A stretch of 64,000 bases of DNA, from positions 20,906 to 84,905 of the forward strand of contig NIVC01000779.1 of the NCBI GenBank assembly GCA_002269645.1, in the 5' to 3' direction. The translations under genes and the position numbers were made by a program. Below are positions 24,079 to 37,245 of the stretch, piece after piece (position 1 is the stretch's first letter; each line of letters opens with the position of its first letter). A model generated the notes under the pieces. It saw only the letters and a list, made by a program, of their open reading frames with translations. It was not told the DNA's origin and did not search any database. The stretch comes from Macrostomum lignano. Its lineage: Eukaryota.

Positions 24079-24717
24079 TTCGCCAGGGACCTCACCATCC
24101 TGCCATTCCACCCGCCCGTGAAAGTGCACGTGTGGCCGCTGCCGCCAGGCTACACTGAGGACGTGAAGTACTATGCCCAGATGGCCATGCTGCAGGACTG
24201 CATTATGCGAGCCTCGGCAGACTTTGAATTTGCCGTATTCACCGACATGGATGAAGTGATTGTGCCCAGGTCTGCAGGTTTTAATAACTGGCGAGATCTG
24301 ATCCGGACTAAGATGCCGGACCTTGGCACTGGCGGCCTGTCATTTCAGAACACATTCTATCGGCTAGAATGGCCCAGCGATCCTCAGATAGCCGCCAACG
24401 CCACCATTGCCGGACTGAAATTGTCGGCCCTATTAAAGCTACGCCGGGAGGCGGTTATTTATTCGCACGGCTCCAGATCCAAGATGATTGTTAGGCCTCA
24501 TTTTGTTAGAGTCATGGGCGTGCACAATGTCTGGCGCTATTTCAGCGGCAGCACGGCCTCCGTGGACTTCAACACTGCCGGCATGCATCACTACAGGAGC
24601 TGGGAGGGCGGCGGTGAGAAGAGCTTTGTGCAGGATCCGGTTATGCTGCGATACAGAGAGCAGCTGGTTGCTAGGGCTCTACGGGCCAGGACTGTGCTGG
24701 GCCTGCCTGTTAGCTAA
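24079..24717 (+). CDS. GT92 glycosyltransferase, terminal exon (catalytic DxD)
   Basis: ttgcag|TTC acceptor, phase 0 (exact acceptor uncertain). YYAQMAMLQDCIMRA...AVFTDMDEVIVP, RSKMIVRP...MGVHNVW and MHHYR are GT92 motifs. Confidence 0.88.
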   Translation, partial: FARDLTILPFHPPVKVHVWPLPPGYTEDVKYYAQMAMLQDCIMRASADFEFAVFTDMDEVIVPRSAGFNNWRDLIRTKMPDLGTGGLSFQNTFYRLEWPSDPQIAANATIAGLKLSALLKLRREAVIYSHGSRSKMIVRPHFVRVMGVHNVWRYFSGSTASVDFNTAGMHHYRSWEGGGEKSFVQDPVMLRYREQLVARALRARTVLGLPVS

Positions 24718-24769
24718 CTGATTGATGAGTAGCGGTCATTTTTTACCTAAGTTATCTCCTGTCACCCCT

Positions 24770-26185
24770 GCCTAATCCCACACTCCATGTGTATCTGTCC
24801 CCCATGCCCCATATTAATCACCATGCCTAATCCCACACCCCATATGTGTCTCTCCCCCATGCCTAATCCCACATCCCATATGTGTCTCTCCCCATGCCTA
24901 ATCCCACACCCCATATGGCCATATGTGTCTCTCCCCCATGCCTAATCCCACACCCCATATGTGTCTCTCCCCCATGCCTAATCCCACACCCCATATGTGT
25001 CTCTCCCCATGCCTAATCCCACACCCCATATGTGTCTCTCCCCATGCCTAATCCCACACCCCATATGTGTCTCTCCCCATGCCTAATCCCACACCCCATA
25101 TGTGTCTCTCCCCATGCCTAATCCCACACCCCATATGTGTCTCTCCCCATGCCTAATCCCACACCCCATATGTGTCTCTCCCCCATGCCTAATCCCACAC
25201 CCCATATGTGTCTCTCCCCCATGCCTAATCCCACACCCCATATGTGTCTCTCCCCCATACCTAATCCCACACCCCATATGCGTCTCTCCCCATGCCTAAT
25301 CCCACACCCCATATGTGTCTCTCCCCATGCCTAATCCCACACCCCATATGTGTCTCTCCCCATGCCTAATCCCACACCCCATATGTATCTCTCCCCCATG
25401 CCTAATCCCACACCCCATATGTGTCTCCCCCATGCCTAATCCCACACCCCATATGTGTCTCTCCCCATGCCTAATCCCACACCCCATATGTGTCTCTCCC
25501 CATGCCTAATCCCACACCCCATATGTGTCTTTCCCCCATGCCTAATCCCACACCCCATATGTATCTCTCCCCAATGCCTAATCCCACACCCCATATTAAT
25601 CACCATGCCTAATCCCACACCCCATATGTATCTCTCCCCCATGCCTAATCCCACACCCCATATGTATCTCTCCCCCATGCCTAATCCCACACCCCATATG
25701 TATCTCTCCCCCATGCCTAATCCCACACCCCATATGTATCTCTCCCCCATGCCTAATCCCACACCCCATATGTATCTCTCCCCCATGCCTAATCCCACAC
25801 CCCATATGTATCTCTCCCCCATGCCTAATCCCACACCCCATGTGTATCCCCATCCGCATCCCTAATCCCACACCCTTTATGTTTCCCTATCCCTAATCCC
25901 ACACCCCATATGTTTCCCCACCCCTAATCCCACACCCTATATGTTTCCCCATCCCTAATCCCACACCCCATATGTATCTCTCCCCCATGCCTAATCCCAC
26001 ACCCCATATGTATCTCTCCCCCATGCCTAATCCCACACCCCATATGTATCTCTCCCCCATGCCTAATCCCACACCCCATGTGTATCCCCATCCGCATCCC
26101 TAATCCCACACCCTTTATGTTTCCCTATCCCTAATCCCAGACCCCATATGTTTCCCCATCCCTAATCCCACACCCCACATGTCTC
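24770..26185. repeat. 31-32-bp minisatellite (catgcctaatcccacaccccatatgtgtctctccc)
   Basis: More than 40 units directly after the GT92 stop codon. G-tract rich on the minus strand. Confidence 0.95.
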
Positions 26186-27892
26186 CCCGTTCTTGTAACA
26201 ATCTTGAATTTCTCCAGTCAAAAATTTCCATTACACGCACTAAACGTGGCAAATTAGTTAATTTTAAAGAAACAATACAGCTCATCGCATTAAACTAATA
26301 CAGCATGAGTGATGCGTGCAACGCCAAATTGAAGCATCATTTTATTTGCTGCTAGAGTAGAGAAACAAGCGAATTGTTTTCATTTTCTTACAAAAAATAT
26401 AGCCTGCAATTGTACGCTAGATCTCCAAAGAAGCCTACTTATAGTAGGCTAATAATTTTTATATATATAATAATTTTTGGTTCTATGCTTTTTACCCTTT
26501 TTATGTACAAGTACAATTGTACATAATCCTAATGGCTTAATAATATGATTAAAATATACTTAGTGCACACGGAACAAGTGCATATTTTTTAATTATTTTA
26601 AACTCTCGCCTTTAATTTGTTTTGTTAAAAAAAACAAAAAAAAACTGTTCTTAGTATTTTAATACCAGTCTAATTTAATTGCTGAATAAGCACATCATCT
26701 ACTAGAATGACTTAGATAGGTCAATTAGGCATATATGCTTAGTAAGTAAAAATAGTTTTCTACTTTCAATTCAGTAGTAAGGAAGAACACAGAAGCTATT
26801 TTATAAATAGGACTAAGGTTTAGGCAGAGATAAAAAGACTTGATAAATTTAGAAGCCAAAGCTTGCAGACGTATAACGGCTTACATAGAAATATACATGG
26901 CTGGAGCACAGAGAAAGGCAATAAAATTTGGGCGGCAAGAGATTTCCTGTGAAAAGACGCGGTCGGATGGGGTTTGGCTGGGGGGAAAGGAGGTTAGAGG
27001 CCTTCGTCACTTCTCTATCCACCTTGCACACCCCGGGCTGTTGATGTACAATGTCTGCTAAACAGAATGTACATTTGCCCTGCACTGATAATAAAGAGTC
27101 ACGTGGCTGCTATTACCTACTGCTACTCAGGCGGTTCAAATATTTACCGTTTTCACAAATAATATGCTATTTTCTCTACTTGCTACTAAACAGTAGAACA
27201 ATGCGACCAACTGTGAATCGCATGAATTGGCATTGAAACTTGGAATTTAATTGAAAGTATTGATTTGTGATACTATTAATTTCCTCTGCTAATCCTACTA
27301 ATGATTACTGGCTTATTTTATCTCAATCTACAAGTAAGTATAACGCGTCAAAACGCGATTGAAAGATTTTTTCTCTGCTTGTTAGTGCCAAAAATTATAA
27401 TGTCAAGCAAACCTTCTGTTGCTATGTTATACTAATATTCTAAAATTTGATCTTCTATTTATGGTTGCCTTTAGTTCCTTCAGTTCTGGCTGCAACACAT
27501 TTTGTATTACGCGTATTTCATAGTTAATTCTCTCGTTTTACTTTTAAAGGCTTACAATAGCATGAAAGAGTCCTATGTTCGATTGTATATTTCTTTAAAA
27601 CTCATTAGTCTGTTGGTGTTTTATCTTCATTTTAAACAAACCAATGCTTTACGACTTAAGTAGCTAATGTCCTTTTCATACCAGCTACCGGAGATACATT
27701 CACGCGAAAATGCCTTCTTGGTTTAACTAACTTTTTTCTCTTTCCTAAATTGTTTCTTTAAAAAATATATTCTGATACATTTTCCTTCTCTGCTGTCTAA
27801 AGCTTGCTGTTGCAAAATGTGAAATCGTCAGATTCTTGAATTTACTAGCAATCAAAGCAAATTCTTCTTTATTTTTATTAGCAGACTTGTAT

Positions 27893-28465
27893 TCAGTGCC
27901 ACAGTCACAGTCACATTCAGTGCCACAATCAAGGTCACATTCAGTGCCACAATCAAGGTCACATTCAGTGCCACAGTCACAGCCACATTCAGTGCCACAG
28001 TCACAGTCAGATTCAGTGCCACAATCAAGGTCACATTCAGTGCCACAGTCACAGCCACATTCAGTGCCACAGTCACAGTCACATTCAGTGCCAAAGTCAC
28101 AGTCACATTCAGTGCCACAATCAAGGTCACATTCAGTGCCACAATCAAGGTCACATTCAGTGCCACAGTCACAGTCACATTCAGTGCCACAATCAAGGTC
28201 ACATTCAGTGCCACAATCAAGGTCACATTCAGTGCCACAGTCACAGCCACATTCAGTGCCACAGTCACAGTCAGATTCAGTGCCACAATCAAGGTCACAT
28301 TCAGTGCCACAGTCACAGCCACATTCAGTGCCACAGTCACAGTCACATTCAGTGCCAAAGTCACAGTCACATTCAGTGCCACAATCAAGGTCACATTCAG
28401 TGCCACAGTCGCATTCAGTGCCACAGTCAGTCAGATTCAGTGCCACAATCAAGGTCAAATTCAGT
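27893..28465. repeat. 24-bp minisatellite with a 264-bp (11-unit) higher-order duplication
   Basis: The rare ccaaag variant recurs at 28091 and 28355, and the same order of unit variants repeats. Confidence 0.92.
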
Positions 28466-29517
28466 GCCGCAATCAGTCAGATTCAGTTCCGCAGTTATTG
28501 CGAAACTTACATTAATTTAAAGTCAAGAATCAACTCAATCAGCTAGCGGGAAAGATAACTTGGTGTCGCACAGGTTGTATTTATAATTATATAGATAGCA
28601 TTCAGAAGCTAGGTGTAAATTAGACAGTAGCGCGAATAACAAACAGCAATAAGTAAATAGAAAAAATGTGCTTTTTTATGAGAAGCTAAAAAACAGGCAA
28701 GCAGATAAACAGATAGATTGTATTAGTGAGTTATGAAGAGTCAAGGGCGCCTTAAGTACTCGTAGGACGAGAAACTTCATTTCTTAGAACCGTTTCTTAG
28801 AAAAGTAATTTTGAAGGCATTTATGCTTAATTAAGATGTCTAAAAAAACTATCGCTATTTTGGTGCCGAACCCAACGCCCCAAAAAAACTTTTTTTCTTA
28901 GAAACGAGGCTTTCCATCCTATCTAAGCGAGCTCATAGTTAATGACAGATTGTAGCTGGACACAAGTACATAGTTTGGTATTCATATCTATGCTACAATA
29001 TGAGCGGTGCGATTGCTAAATAATATTTTAAAGGAGTTACATATAAAACATGTGTCTATATGTTTATATATGTTTATCAAAATTGTTAAGCTATACATTT
29101 AAGACAGAACGGCACAATACAACAAATTGAATTAAGCTTGTTGTCAAAAGCTATTATACGAGATTGTCTGTCAGACAGATTATAGTAGATTTTGGGGGGA
29201 TTGCGTTTTACGCTCGTAATCCCGAGTAATCAGAACTTTACTTTAAAGTGACAACGACAATTTTTTATCAAATCAAGTTTTTTTAAATAACGTATTCCGC
29301 TGTTAGTGCTGTTACTTTTAGTAGTATCGATCGATATGCGCGTCGTGTGTATGCCATAGACGACTGGGCTGACGATAACTCTTCTGAAATAGTGAGAACA
29401 TCAGACAAGCTTCTGCAGACTGCAATAATACATCAGACAACCTGTAGACTACAGAAGGCAATACGAGCAGCTTACTCACTGGGGAGCTGGTGTTTCTGGA
29501 TCCTTCAATTCGGCCGC

Positions 29518-30010
29518 TTAGAAAGGAAACTTGAAAGCGGCGGCTGCGGCTGCGGCGGCGGCTGCCGACTGATGCTGGTGCAGCTGGTGCTGCTGATGAT
29601 GGTGCTGCTGCAGGTGCTGCTGCTGCTGCTGGTGATGATGCGCTTGATAAGCCGGTACCACCTGTTGATCGCTCATGTAGCCTCCCTGATGCAGCTGTTG
29701 CAGCTGCTGCTGATGACGCTGCTGCTGCTGCTGCTGCTGCTGCTGCAAGGAGGAAGAAGGCGACGAGCCAGCCGAAGAAGCCGCTCCAGATGTTGAGTTG
29801 GCGGTCGCGGCAGCCGCGGCGGCTGCAGCGGCGGCGGCGGCAGCGGCGGCAGCCAAGCTGTCGTATTTGACTGGCGAAGACGAGGTCACCGACTTGCAGC
29901 CGATCGGTGACACCTGCGTGGGGTCCTTGTGCTTGGCCAGGTGCTTGTTCAGGTACGTCTCCGAGTTGTAGTTCTTGCCGCAGACCCGGCAGACGAGTAC
30001 TTTGCTGTAC
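29518..30010 (-). CDS. rn: Rotund/lin-29/ZNF384-family C2H2 zinc-finger factor, exon 3
   Basis: atgcgcag|g acceptor in phase 2. YSKVLVCRVCGKNYNSETYLNKHLAKH matches the last finger of lin-29/rotund as recalled, followed by polyA/polyQ tracts and TAA at 29518. Confidence 0.82.
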
Positions 30011-30164
30011 CTGCGCATGTATGGGGTTAGTTGGAGGGCCTCATATGCGGATGTTGTTTTTAGTGTCTTCGGTCTGCATGCTTCTACTGAAAGTAGCACG
30101 GAGAGCTTTCTTAAACCATTTTATTTGGAATTTCTCGCTGTTAGGAGATACTTTCTCACCACCA

Positions 30165-30838
30165 GGCCCCGTACCAACCCCCAAAACCTGCACCAGTCGT
30201 CACACCCCACACCAGCTCCACACCACCCCTCACACCCCACGCCAGCCCCCACACCAGCCCTCACACCCCACACCAGCTCCACACCACCCCTCACACCCCA
30301 CACCACCCCTCATATCCTACACTAGCCCCACACCACCCCTCACACCCCACACCAGCTCCACACCACCCCTCACATCCTACATCAGCTCCACACCACCCCT
30401 CACACCCTACACCAGCTCCACACCACCCCTCACATCCCACACCAGCTCCACACGACCCCTCACACCCCACACCACCCCTCATATCCTACACTAGCCCCAC
30501 ACCACCCCTCACACCCCACACCAGCTCCACACGACCCCTCACATCCTACACCAGCTCCACACCACCCCTCACACCCCACACCAGCTCCACACCACCCCTC
30601 ACACCCCACACTAGCCCCACACCACCCCTCACACCCTACACTAGCCCCACACCAACCCACACCCTACACTAGCCCCACACCAACCCACACCCTACACCAG
30701 CCCCACACCAGCTCCACACCACTCCTCAAACCCTACACCAGCTCTCACACCCTACACAAGCCCCACACCCCACACCAGCTCCCACACCCCACACCAGCGC
30801 CCACAATCCACACCAGCCCCCACACCCCACACCAGCCA
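30165..30838. repeat. Degenerate ~30-bp CA-rich minisatellite filling intron 2 of the zinc-finger gene
   Basis: cacaccccacaccagctccacaccacccct units running up to the donor site. Confidence 0.9.
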
Positions 30839-30840
30839 AC

Positions 30841-31241
30841 CTGTTGGTGCTGTGCTTGGCCGCAGCGTGAGTGTCCAGTTCATCCTTCGAGTCAAAGCAC
30901 ATGTAGCAGGCCTCGCATCTGTGCGGCTTGTCCTTCATATGCTGGCGCTGGTGGCTCTGCAGGTTGCTCATCTGGGTGAAACTCTTGGCGCACTGCCAGC
31001 ATCGGTAGGGCTTGTCGCCCGTGTGGATTCTCTCGTGCTGCTGGACGTGTGACAGCTGGGTGAACCGCTTGTCGCAGTACTTGCAGCCGTACGGCTTCTG
31101 ACCGCTGTGAATTCGACGGTGCTGGCTGAGGTAGGCGGAGGTTGAGAACTGCCTGCCGCAGGTGTCGCAGTGAAATGGCCGCGGATCGGCCTTGTGCACG
31201 GAGCTGTTGTGCAGCAGCAGGTCCTGCTTGTTGAAGCACAG
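30841..31241 (-). CDS. rn: Rotund/lin-29-family zinc-finger factor, exon 2 (end of finger 1 through finger 5)
   Basis: catcag|CTG acceptor, phase 0. SAYLSQHRRIH, KRFTQLSHVQQHERIHTGDKPY, SFTQMSNLQSH and DKPHRCEACYMCF match recalled rotund/lin-29 fingers. Donor ag|gttggc. Confidence 0.88.
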
Positions 31242-31349
31242 CTGATGGGATTCCAGGGGATGGGGATGTTCTTGTGAGTTTTATCAGTTGCATACCGAAG
31301 TGGCCTTGCTTTACAGTAATAACCATAGTGACAGCACTAGCAATCGCTA

Positions 31350-31832
31350 ACATAGTCAGAAGCGCGCATAGTCAGAAGCGCGCATAGTCAGAAGCGCGCA
31401 TAGTCAGAAGCGCGCATAGTCAGAAGCGCGCATAGTCAGAAGCGCGCATAGTCAGAAGCGCGCATAGTCAGAAGCGCGCATAGTCAGAAGTACACAGAGA
31501 GAAGCGCGCATAGTCAGAAGCGCGCATAGTCAAGCGCGCATAGTCAGAGGCGCGCATAGTCAGAAGCGCGCATAGTCAGAAGCGCGCATAGTCAGAAGTA
31601 CACAGAGAGAAGCGCGCATAGTCAGAAGCGCGCATAGTCAAGCGCGCATAGTCAGAGGCGCGCATAGTCAAGCGCGCATAGTCAGAGGCGCGCAGAGTCA
31701 GAAGCGCGCATAGTCAGAAGCGCGCATAGTCAGAAGCGCGCATCGTCAGAAGTACACAGAGAGAAGCGCGCATAGTCAGAAGCGCGCATAGTCAAGCGCG
31801 CATAGTCAGAGGCGCGCAGAGTCAGAAGCGCG
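31350..31832. repeat. 16-bp CpG-rich minisatellite (agtcagaagcgcgcat)
   Basis: About 28 units. Confidence 0.93.
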
Positions 31833-32769
31833 CGTCAATCCTTAGACAGAACGTGATTCCCCTCGCCAATCAAAGTATCTATTTGAATATTTCAATAGAC
31901 AGATGGATTAGGACCAGCCCTATCAAAGCCAACCTATTTCTAGATTAACTTTTTCTATTTTTCCAAGCGTAAGGGGCGCCGGCCTTGACAACAAAAAAAT
32001 GAGAAAAAAATCCCCACCCCCGAGCAGTTTGTTACAGAAAATTCCACCGCAGACTGATCAAGATGGCAAATTTTCCCATACAGACGGAGTAACAAAAAAG
32101 CCCCCAGTTCGAATTGGTAGCCATATAGATTCAGGTCGACCATATTTTTTCAAGATCCCCAAGAGACAATATTGGACACAACCCAGAGATCGATATATTT
32201 GCAATTGGGTCAGTTGCCATAGCTATGCATCTTCATATACCGATCTAACTGCTACTTAAATAATATGCCAGCCTATTTGAGATTAAGAAAAAAATCACAA
32301 ATTAAAAAAGGCGTCTCTGTGCGAAGCGAGCGACGCTGGAGGCCAAGCCGCGAGTCTAGAGGTCACAGCGGGGGGTTGGTAGGGAGGCTCGGGGAGGCCC
32401 CCTGTTTGCCATCTTCCTCATTGTGTGAGGGGTCGAAAAAAGAAGCTCAAATTAATAAAGCATTCGGGTACTCCGTTTTTTATGGGATCTGCCAACCACC
32501 CATCTGATTCGGTAGACGATATAAAAAGTCATGCTATGCGCTCGCCAATGCAAATACCTGCGCTCGCATTATGCACGCAGCCGGGGCTGGGGTGCACGGC
32601 AACACCTGCCGTCTAGCGCTTAATTATCTCCGGTCCGTGGTCTTCGAGGCTGTCTAGAAGAGGCTATAGGGCTTTAGAAAAAAACTAATATGGACTATGG
32701 CATATGCCATATGTTACCTGTGGCGACTGCGATGGCCCACACCAGTTAAGCATTGCTTAAAAGATTGCT

Positions 32770-33910
32770 AATCTAAACAATACACGGATGCAGGAATAGA
32801 ATGGATTGCTAATCTAGCCAATACACGGATGCAGGAATAGAATGGATTGCTAATTTAACCAATGTACGGATGCAGGAATAGAATGGATTGCTAATCTAAC
32901 CAATACACGGATGCAGGAATAGAATGGATTGCTAATCTAGCCAATACATGGATGCAGGAATAGAATGGATTGCTAATCTAACCAATACACGGATGCAGGA
33001 ATAGAATGGATTGCTAATCTAACCAATACACGGATGCAGGAATAGAATGGATTGCTAATCTAGCCAATACATGGATGCAGGAATAGAATGGATTGCTAAT
33101 CTAGCCAATACATGGATGCAGGAATAGAATGGATTGCTAATCTAGCTTACATTAATGCAGGAATAGAATGGATTGCTAATCTAGCCAATACACGGATGCA
33201 GGAATAGAATGGATTGCTAATCTAGCCAATACACGGATGCAGGAATAGAATGGATTGCTAATCTAGCCAATACATGGATGCAGGAATAGAATGGATTGCT
33301 AATCTAACCAATACACGGATGCAGGAATAGAATGGATTGCTAATCTAGTCAATACATGGATGCAGGAATAGAATGGATTGCTAATCTAACCAATACATGG
33401 ATGCAGGAATAGAATGGATTGCTAATCTAACCAATACACGGATGCAGGAATAGAATGGATTGCTAATCTAGTCAATACATGAATGCAGGAATAGAATGGA
33501 TTGCTAATCTAGTCAATACATGGATGCAGGAATAGAATGGATTGCTAATCTAACCAATACACGGATGCAGGAATAGAATGGATTGCTAATCTAGCTTACA
33601 TTAATGCAGGAATAGAATGGATTGCTAATCTAACCAATACACGGATGCAGGAATAGAATGGATTGCTAATCTAGCTTACATTAATGCAGGAATAGAATGG
33701 ATTGCTAATCTGGCTTACATTAATGCAGGAATAGAATGGATTGCTAATCTAGCTTACATTAATACAGGAATAGAATGGATTGCTAATCTGGCTTACATTA
33801 ATGCAGGAATAGAATGGATTGCTAATCTAGCTTACATTAATACAGGAATAGAATGGATTGCTAATCTGGCTTACATTAATGCAGGAATAGAATGGATTGC
33901 TAATCTAGCC
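32770..33910. repeat. 41-bp minisatellite (caggaatagaatggattgctaatctagccaatacacggatg)
   Basis: Period of 41 (32791 vs 32832). A shorter variant dominates the 3' part. Confidence 0.95.
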
Positions 33911-34719
33911 TGCATGGATGAATGAACAAAAGCGATAGACCAACAATAAACTGAAAAAATACTTTCGAAAATGTCAAAATTTTGGTTTATTTTTGACTGG
34001 ACCTCTTCAAAGGGAATCTTCTGCACATCAGCTCATCCTGTACCCGGCTTCTCCAGACCAGGGTTTCACCTGAGCGATGCTGAGTAACTGCAATTCTATT
34101 ATTGAGCATGTTCGGGACAACAATGGGCTTCCTTTGTTGGCAGTTGTGTAGGGTAGGGGGGGGGGGCTCGATTCCGAGCTCATCCCTCATTCTATAAAAA
34201 TCTTCGCCTCCGTCCCGTTCATCATAGCCCTGTCCTCTCTTGTGTCCGAAAAAACTCGCAGAAAGGATCGAGAGATAATAGGGAATAGGGGGAGCTCAAC
34301 CTCCCCCTGCCCTGCTCTCGACCTCGGCGTGTTTTTTTATTAGCCTCACAAAGAAGAATCGAACCCCTGACTTAGCAACCAGAGAGGACCAAAGAGAAAA
34401 AAGAGCGCGAGCTTTGTGGAAATTAAAAAAAGCAATGCAAGCGGAGGAAACGCGGGGACCTCATCGTCTGTCTATTTCTAGTCACGCAGTTGAGCAGGCG
34501 GCTGGCTGGCCGGAGGCAACACAATGCTCTCTCAAGCAGCAACCAGTGCTTCCACTGCTATCAGCTAATTCGACTGAGGCAGAATAAGCCGCTAACAATC
34601 TTTGTAAAATGTATTTTAATCTTTTCAGTTTTTGAGCATTTGCTTTGACTTTCTGCTTTCTCCGAACAATATTGTTCAATCTGTTTTCGTATTGCATTCT
34701 ATAGGCACTGGCAAAATGA

Positions 34720-35270
34720 TGGCATTATTTATATTTGATGCCATTTTTAATCAAGAGGTGCCATTTTTGATAGAGAATGTCATTTTTGATGAAAGGATGC
34801 CATTTTTAATTAAGGCTTGCCATTTTGAATGATCGGTTGCCATTTTATATGAAGGGTTGCCATTTTATATGAAGGGTTGCCATTTTATATGAAGGGTTGC
34901 CATTTTATATGAAGGGTTGCCATTTTATATGAAGGGTTGCCATTTTATAGTAAGGGTTGCCATTTTATATGAAGGGTTGCCATTTTTAATGAAGGTTTGC
35001 CCTTTTCAATGAATGGGTGCCATTTTTAATGAATGGGTGCCATTTTTAATGAATGGGTGCCATTTTAAATGAATGGGTGCCATTTTTTATAGAGAATGTC
35101 ATTTTTGATGAAGGGATGCCTTATTTTAATGAAGGGTGCCATTTTTCAGTGAACGGTTTCCATTTTTAATAAAGTGTTGCCATTTTTAATGAACGGTTGC
35201 CATTTTTGATAAAGTGTTGCCATTTTTAATGAACGGTTGCCATTTTTGATAAAGAGCTGTCAATTTTAAT
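34720..35270. repeat. 20-21-bp degenerate minisatellite (gccattttatatgaagggtt)
   Basis: About 25 units. Confidence 0.88.
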
Positions 35271-36132
35271 CGAGCCGAGCCATTTTGAAACAACCAACTC
35301 GTAGCTTACTAGAAAGATCTCCAGGGCACCCCAAAAAATTTCTAATTTAAGATTCCACTTTTAAACACCAATTTGCATTCAGTACACAAGGCATTCAGTA
35401 CAATAAAGTGTGTATCAAACGTATTAAAGGCAGTCAGTCACCGCTCTGCATCAGTCAGGCCTGTTAACAATTTACTATTGGGCATAATTTCGGGGCAAAT
35501 TCGGTTCATTCGAAAACGCGAAAGGACACAAGAAATATAGAAGCAACATCAGCAGCAGCAGCAGCAGCAAAGAGCCGGCAAATGTCGCTTTGCTCTTAGA
35601 CAGACGACTAATTGGAATGGGGAAAAAGTTGGGGCGAAAAAGTTAACGAGGGTTAGCGGTAAGGGACGGTTTTGCGACGCCATGGGGGAAGCCCACCCAT
35701 ATGCGGAAGAGGAGAAAAGCTGCTATGGGGGGAGCCGGCCGGCGTGCTGGTTGAAGTAACCGAAAACTGCGCGTTGGAATTAAACCTACAACACCGTCAC
35801 AACATGGGCCATGGATATAAGCTCTGAATTTTCGATTGCGCAGTTTCAGGCAGTCTGTTTTTTAATAGGATTCTTGTCTTTAGATAGACTTTCGGCGCCA
35901 CTTCAGACATCAGTTTTGGCGCCATTCTTTAATTCATTTTAGCGCCGATTTCAAATTCATTTTAGCGCCGATTTCAAATTCATTTTTAGCGCCGATTTCT
36001 TAAATTCATTTTAGTGCCATTTTTGAGGGCATATTTCAAATCTCCTTTAAAACTTGATAAAATAAACTTTGGTTATTGTTTGGCTTTTAGATGGCACTTT
36101 GACGCCTCCTCAGAAGTCCATTTGGCGCCCAC

Positions 36133-36378
36133 TAGGGGGCGTCGCCATGAATTTATGGTGGGGGGGGACGAAGCCAAGAATTCTGCATAACTAAATTCCT
36201 ATTTTGAGAATATGTGCTCTTAGCGCTCACTTTGGCCGTCTGATGCAAAATTATTGATTTCTACAAGGGGTAACAAGGTGGGGTGGGGGGACAAAGCATT
36301 GGCATGTCCCTCCTATAGCTTCTACTAAGGGACATGCCCCCCCCCTGTCCCCCCGTTGGCCCGGTGGCGACGCCCCTG
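36133..36378. mobile_element. 246-bp MITE (hAT-like)
   Basis: TIRs tagggggcgtcgcca ... tggcgacgcccctg, flanked by a perfect 8-bp TSD gcgcccac (36125-36132 and 36379-36386). Non-coding. Confidence 0.85.
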
Positions 36379-37245
36379 GCGCCCACTCTGAGGTCCACCT
36401 TGGCGCCCATTTGAGGTCCACCTTGGCGCCCCTCTGAGATCCACCTTAGCGCCCCTCTGAGGTCCACCTTGGCGCCCACTCTGAGGTCCACCTTGGCGCC
36501 CATTTGAGGTCCACCTTGGCGCCCCTCTGAGATCCACCTTAGCGCCCCTCTGAGGTCCACCTTGGCGCCCACTCTGAGGTCCACCTTGGCGCCCACTCTG
36601 AGCTCCACCTTGGCGCCCACTCTGAGCTCCACCTTGGCGCCCACTCTGAGGTCCACCTTGGCGCCCACTCTGAGCTCCACCTTGGCGCCCACTCTGAGGT
36701 CCACCTTGGCGCCCACTCTGAGGTCCACCTTGGCGCCCACTCTGAGATCCACCTTGGCGCCCCTCTGAGATCCACCTTAGCGCCCCTCTGAGGTCCACCT
36801 TGGCGCCCACTCTGAGGTCCACCTTGGCGCCCACTCTGAGATCCACCTTGGCGCCCCTCTGAGATCCACCTTGGCGCCCCTCTGAGGTCCACCTTGGCGC
36901 CCACTCTGAGGTCCACCTTGGCGCCCCTCTGAGATCCACCTTAGCGCCCCTCTGAGGTCCAACTTGGCGCCCACTCTGAGCTCCACCTTGGCGCCCACTC
37001 TGAGGTCCACCTTGGCGCCCACTCTGAGCTCCACCTTGGCGCCCACTCTGAGGTCCACCTTGGCGCCCACTCTGAGGTCCACCTTGGCGCCCACTCTGAG
37101 GTCCACCTTGGCGCCCACTCTGAGCTCCACCTTGGCGCCCACTCTGAGCTCCACCTTGGCGCCCACTCTGAGGTCCACCTTGGCGCCCACTCTGAGGTCC
37201 ACCTTGGCGCCCACTCTGAGGTCCACCTTGGCGCCCACTCTGAGG
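36379..37245. repeat. 23/24-bp minisatellite (ccaccttggcgcccactctgaggt)
   Basis: About 36 units. Source of the many repetitive ORFs here. Confidence 0.95.

Noticed and set aside
28755-28925. Imperfect ~27-bp inverted repeat suggesting an old MITE
   Set aside because: Only about 19/27 matches and no TSD found.
31915-32651. MITE-like GC-rich interior with cagcc...ggctg ends
   Set aside because: Terminal match of only 5 bp and flanks are not duplicated.
34340-34390. B-box-like ggggttcgattc on the minus strand (similar at ~37390)
   Set aside because: No matching A box or cloverleaf.
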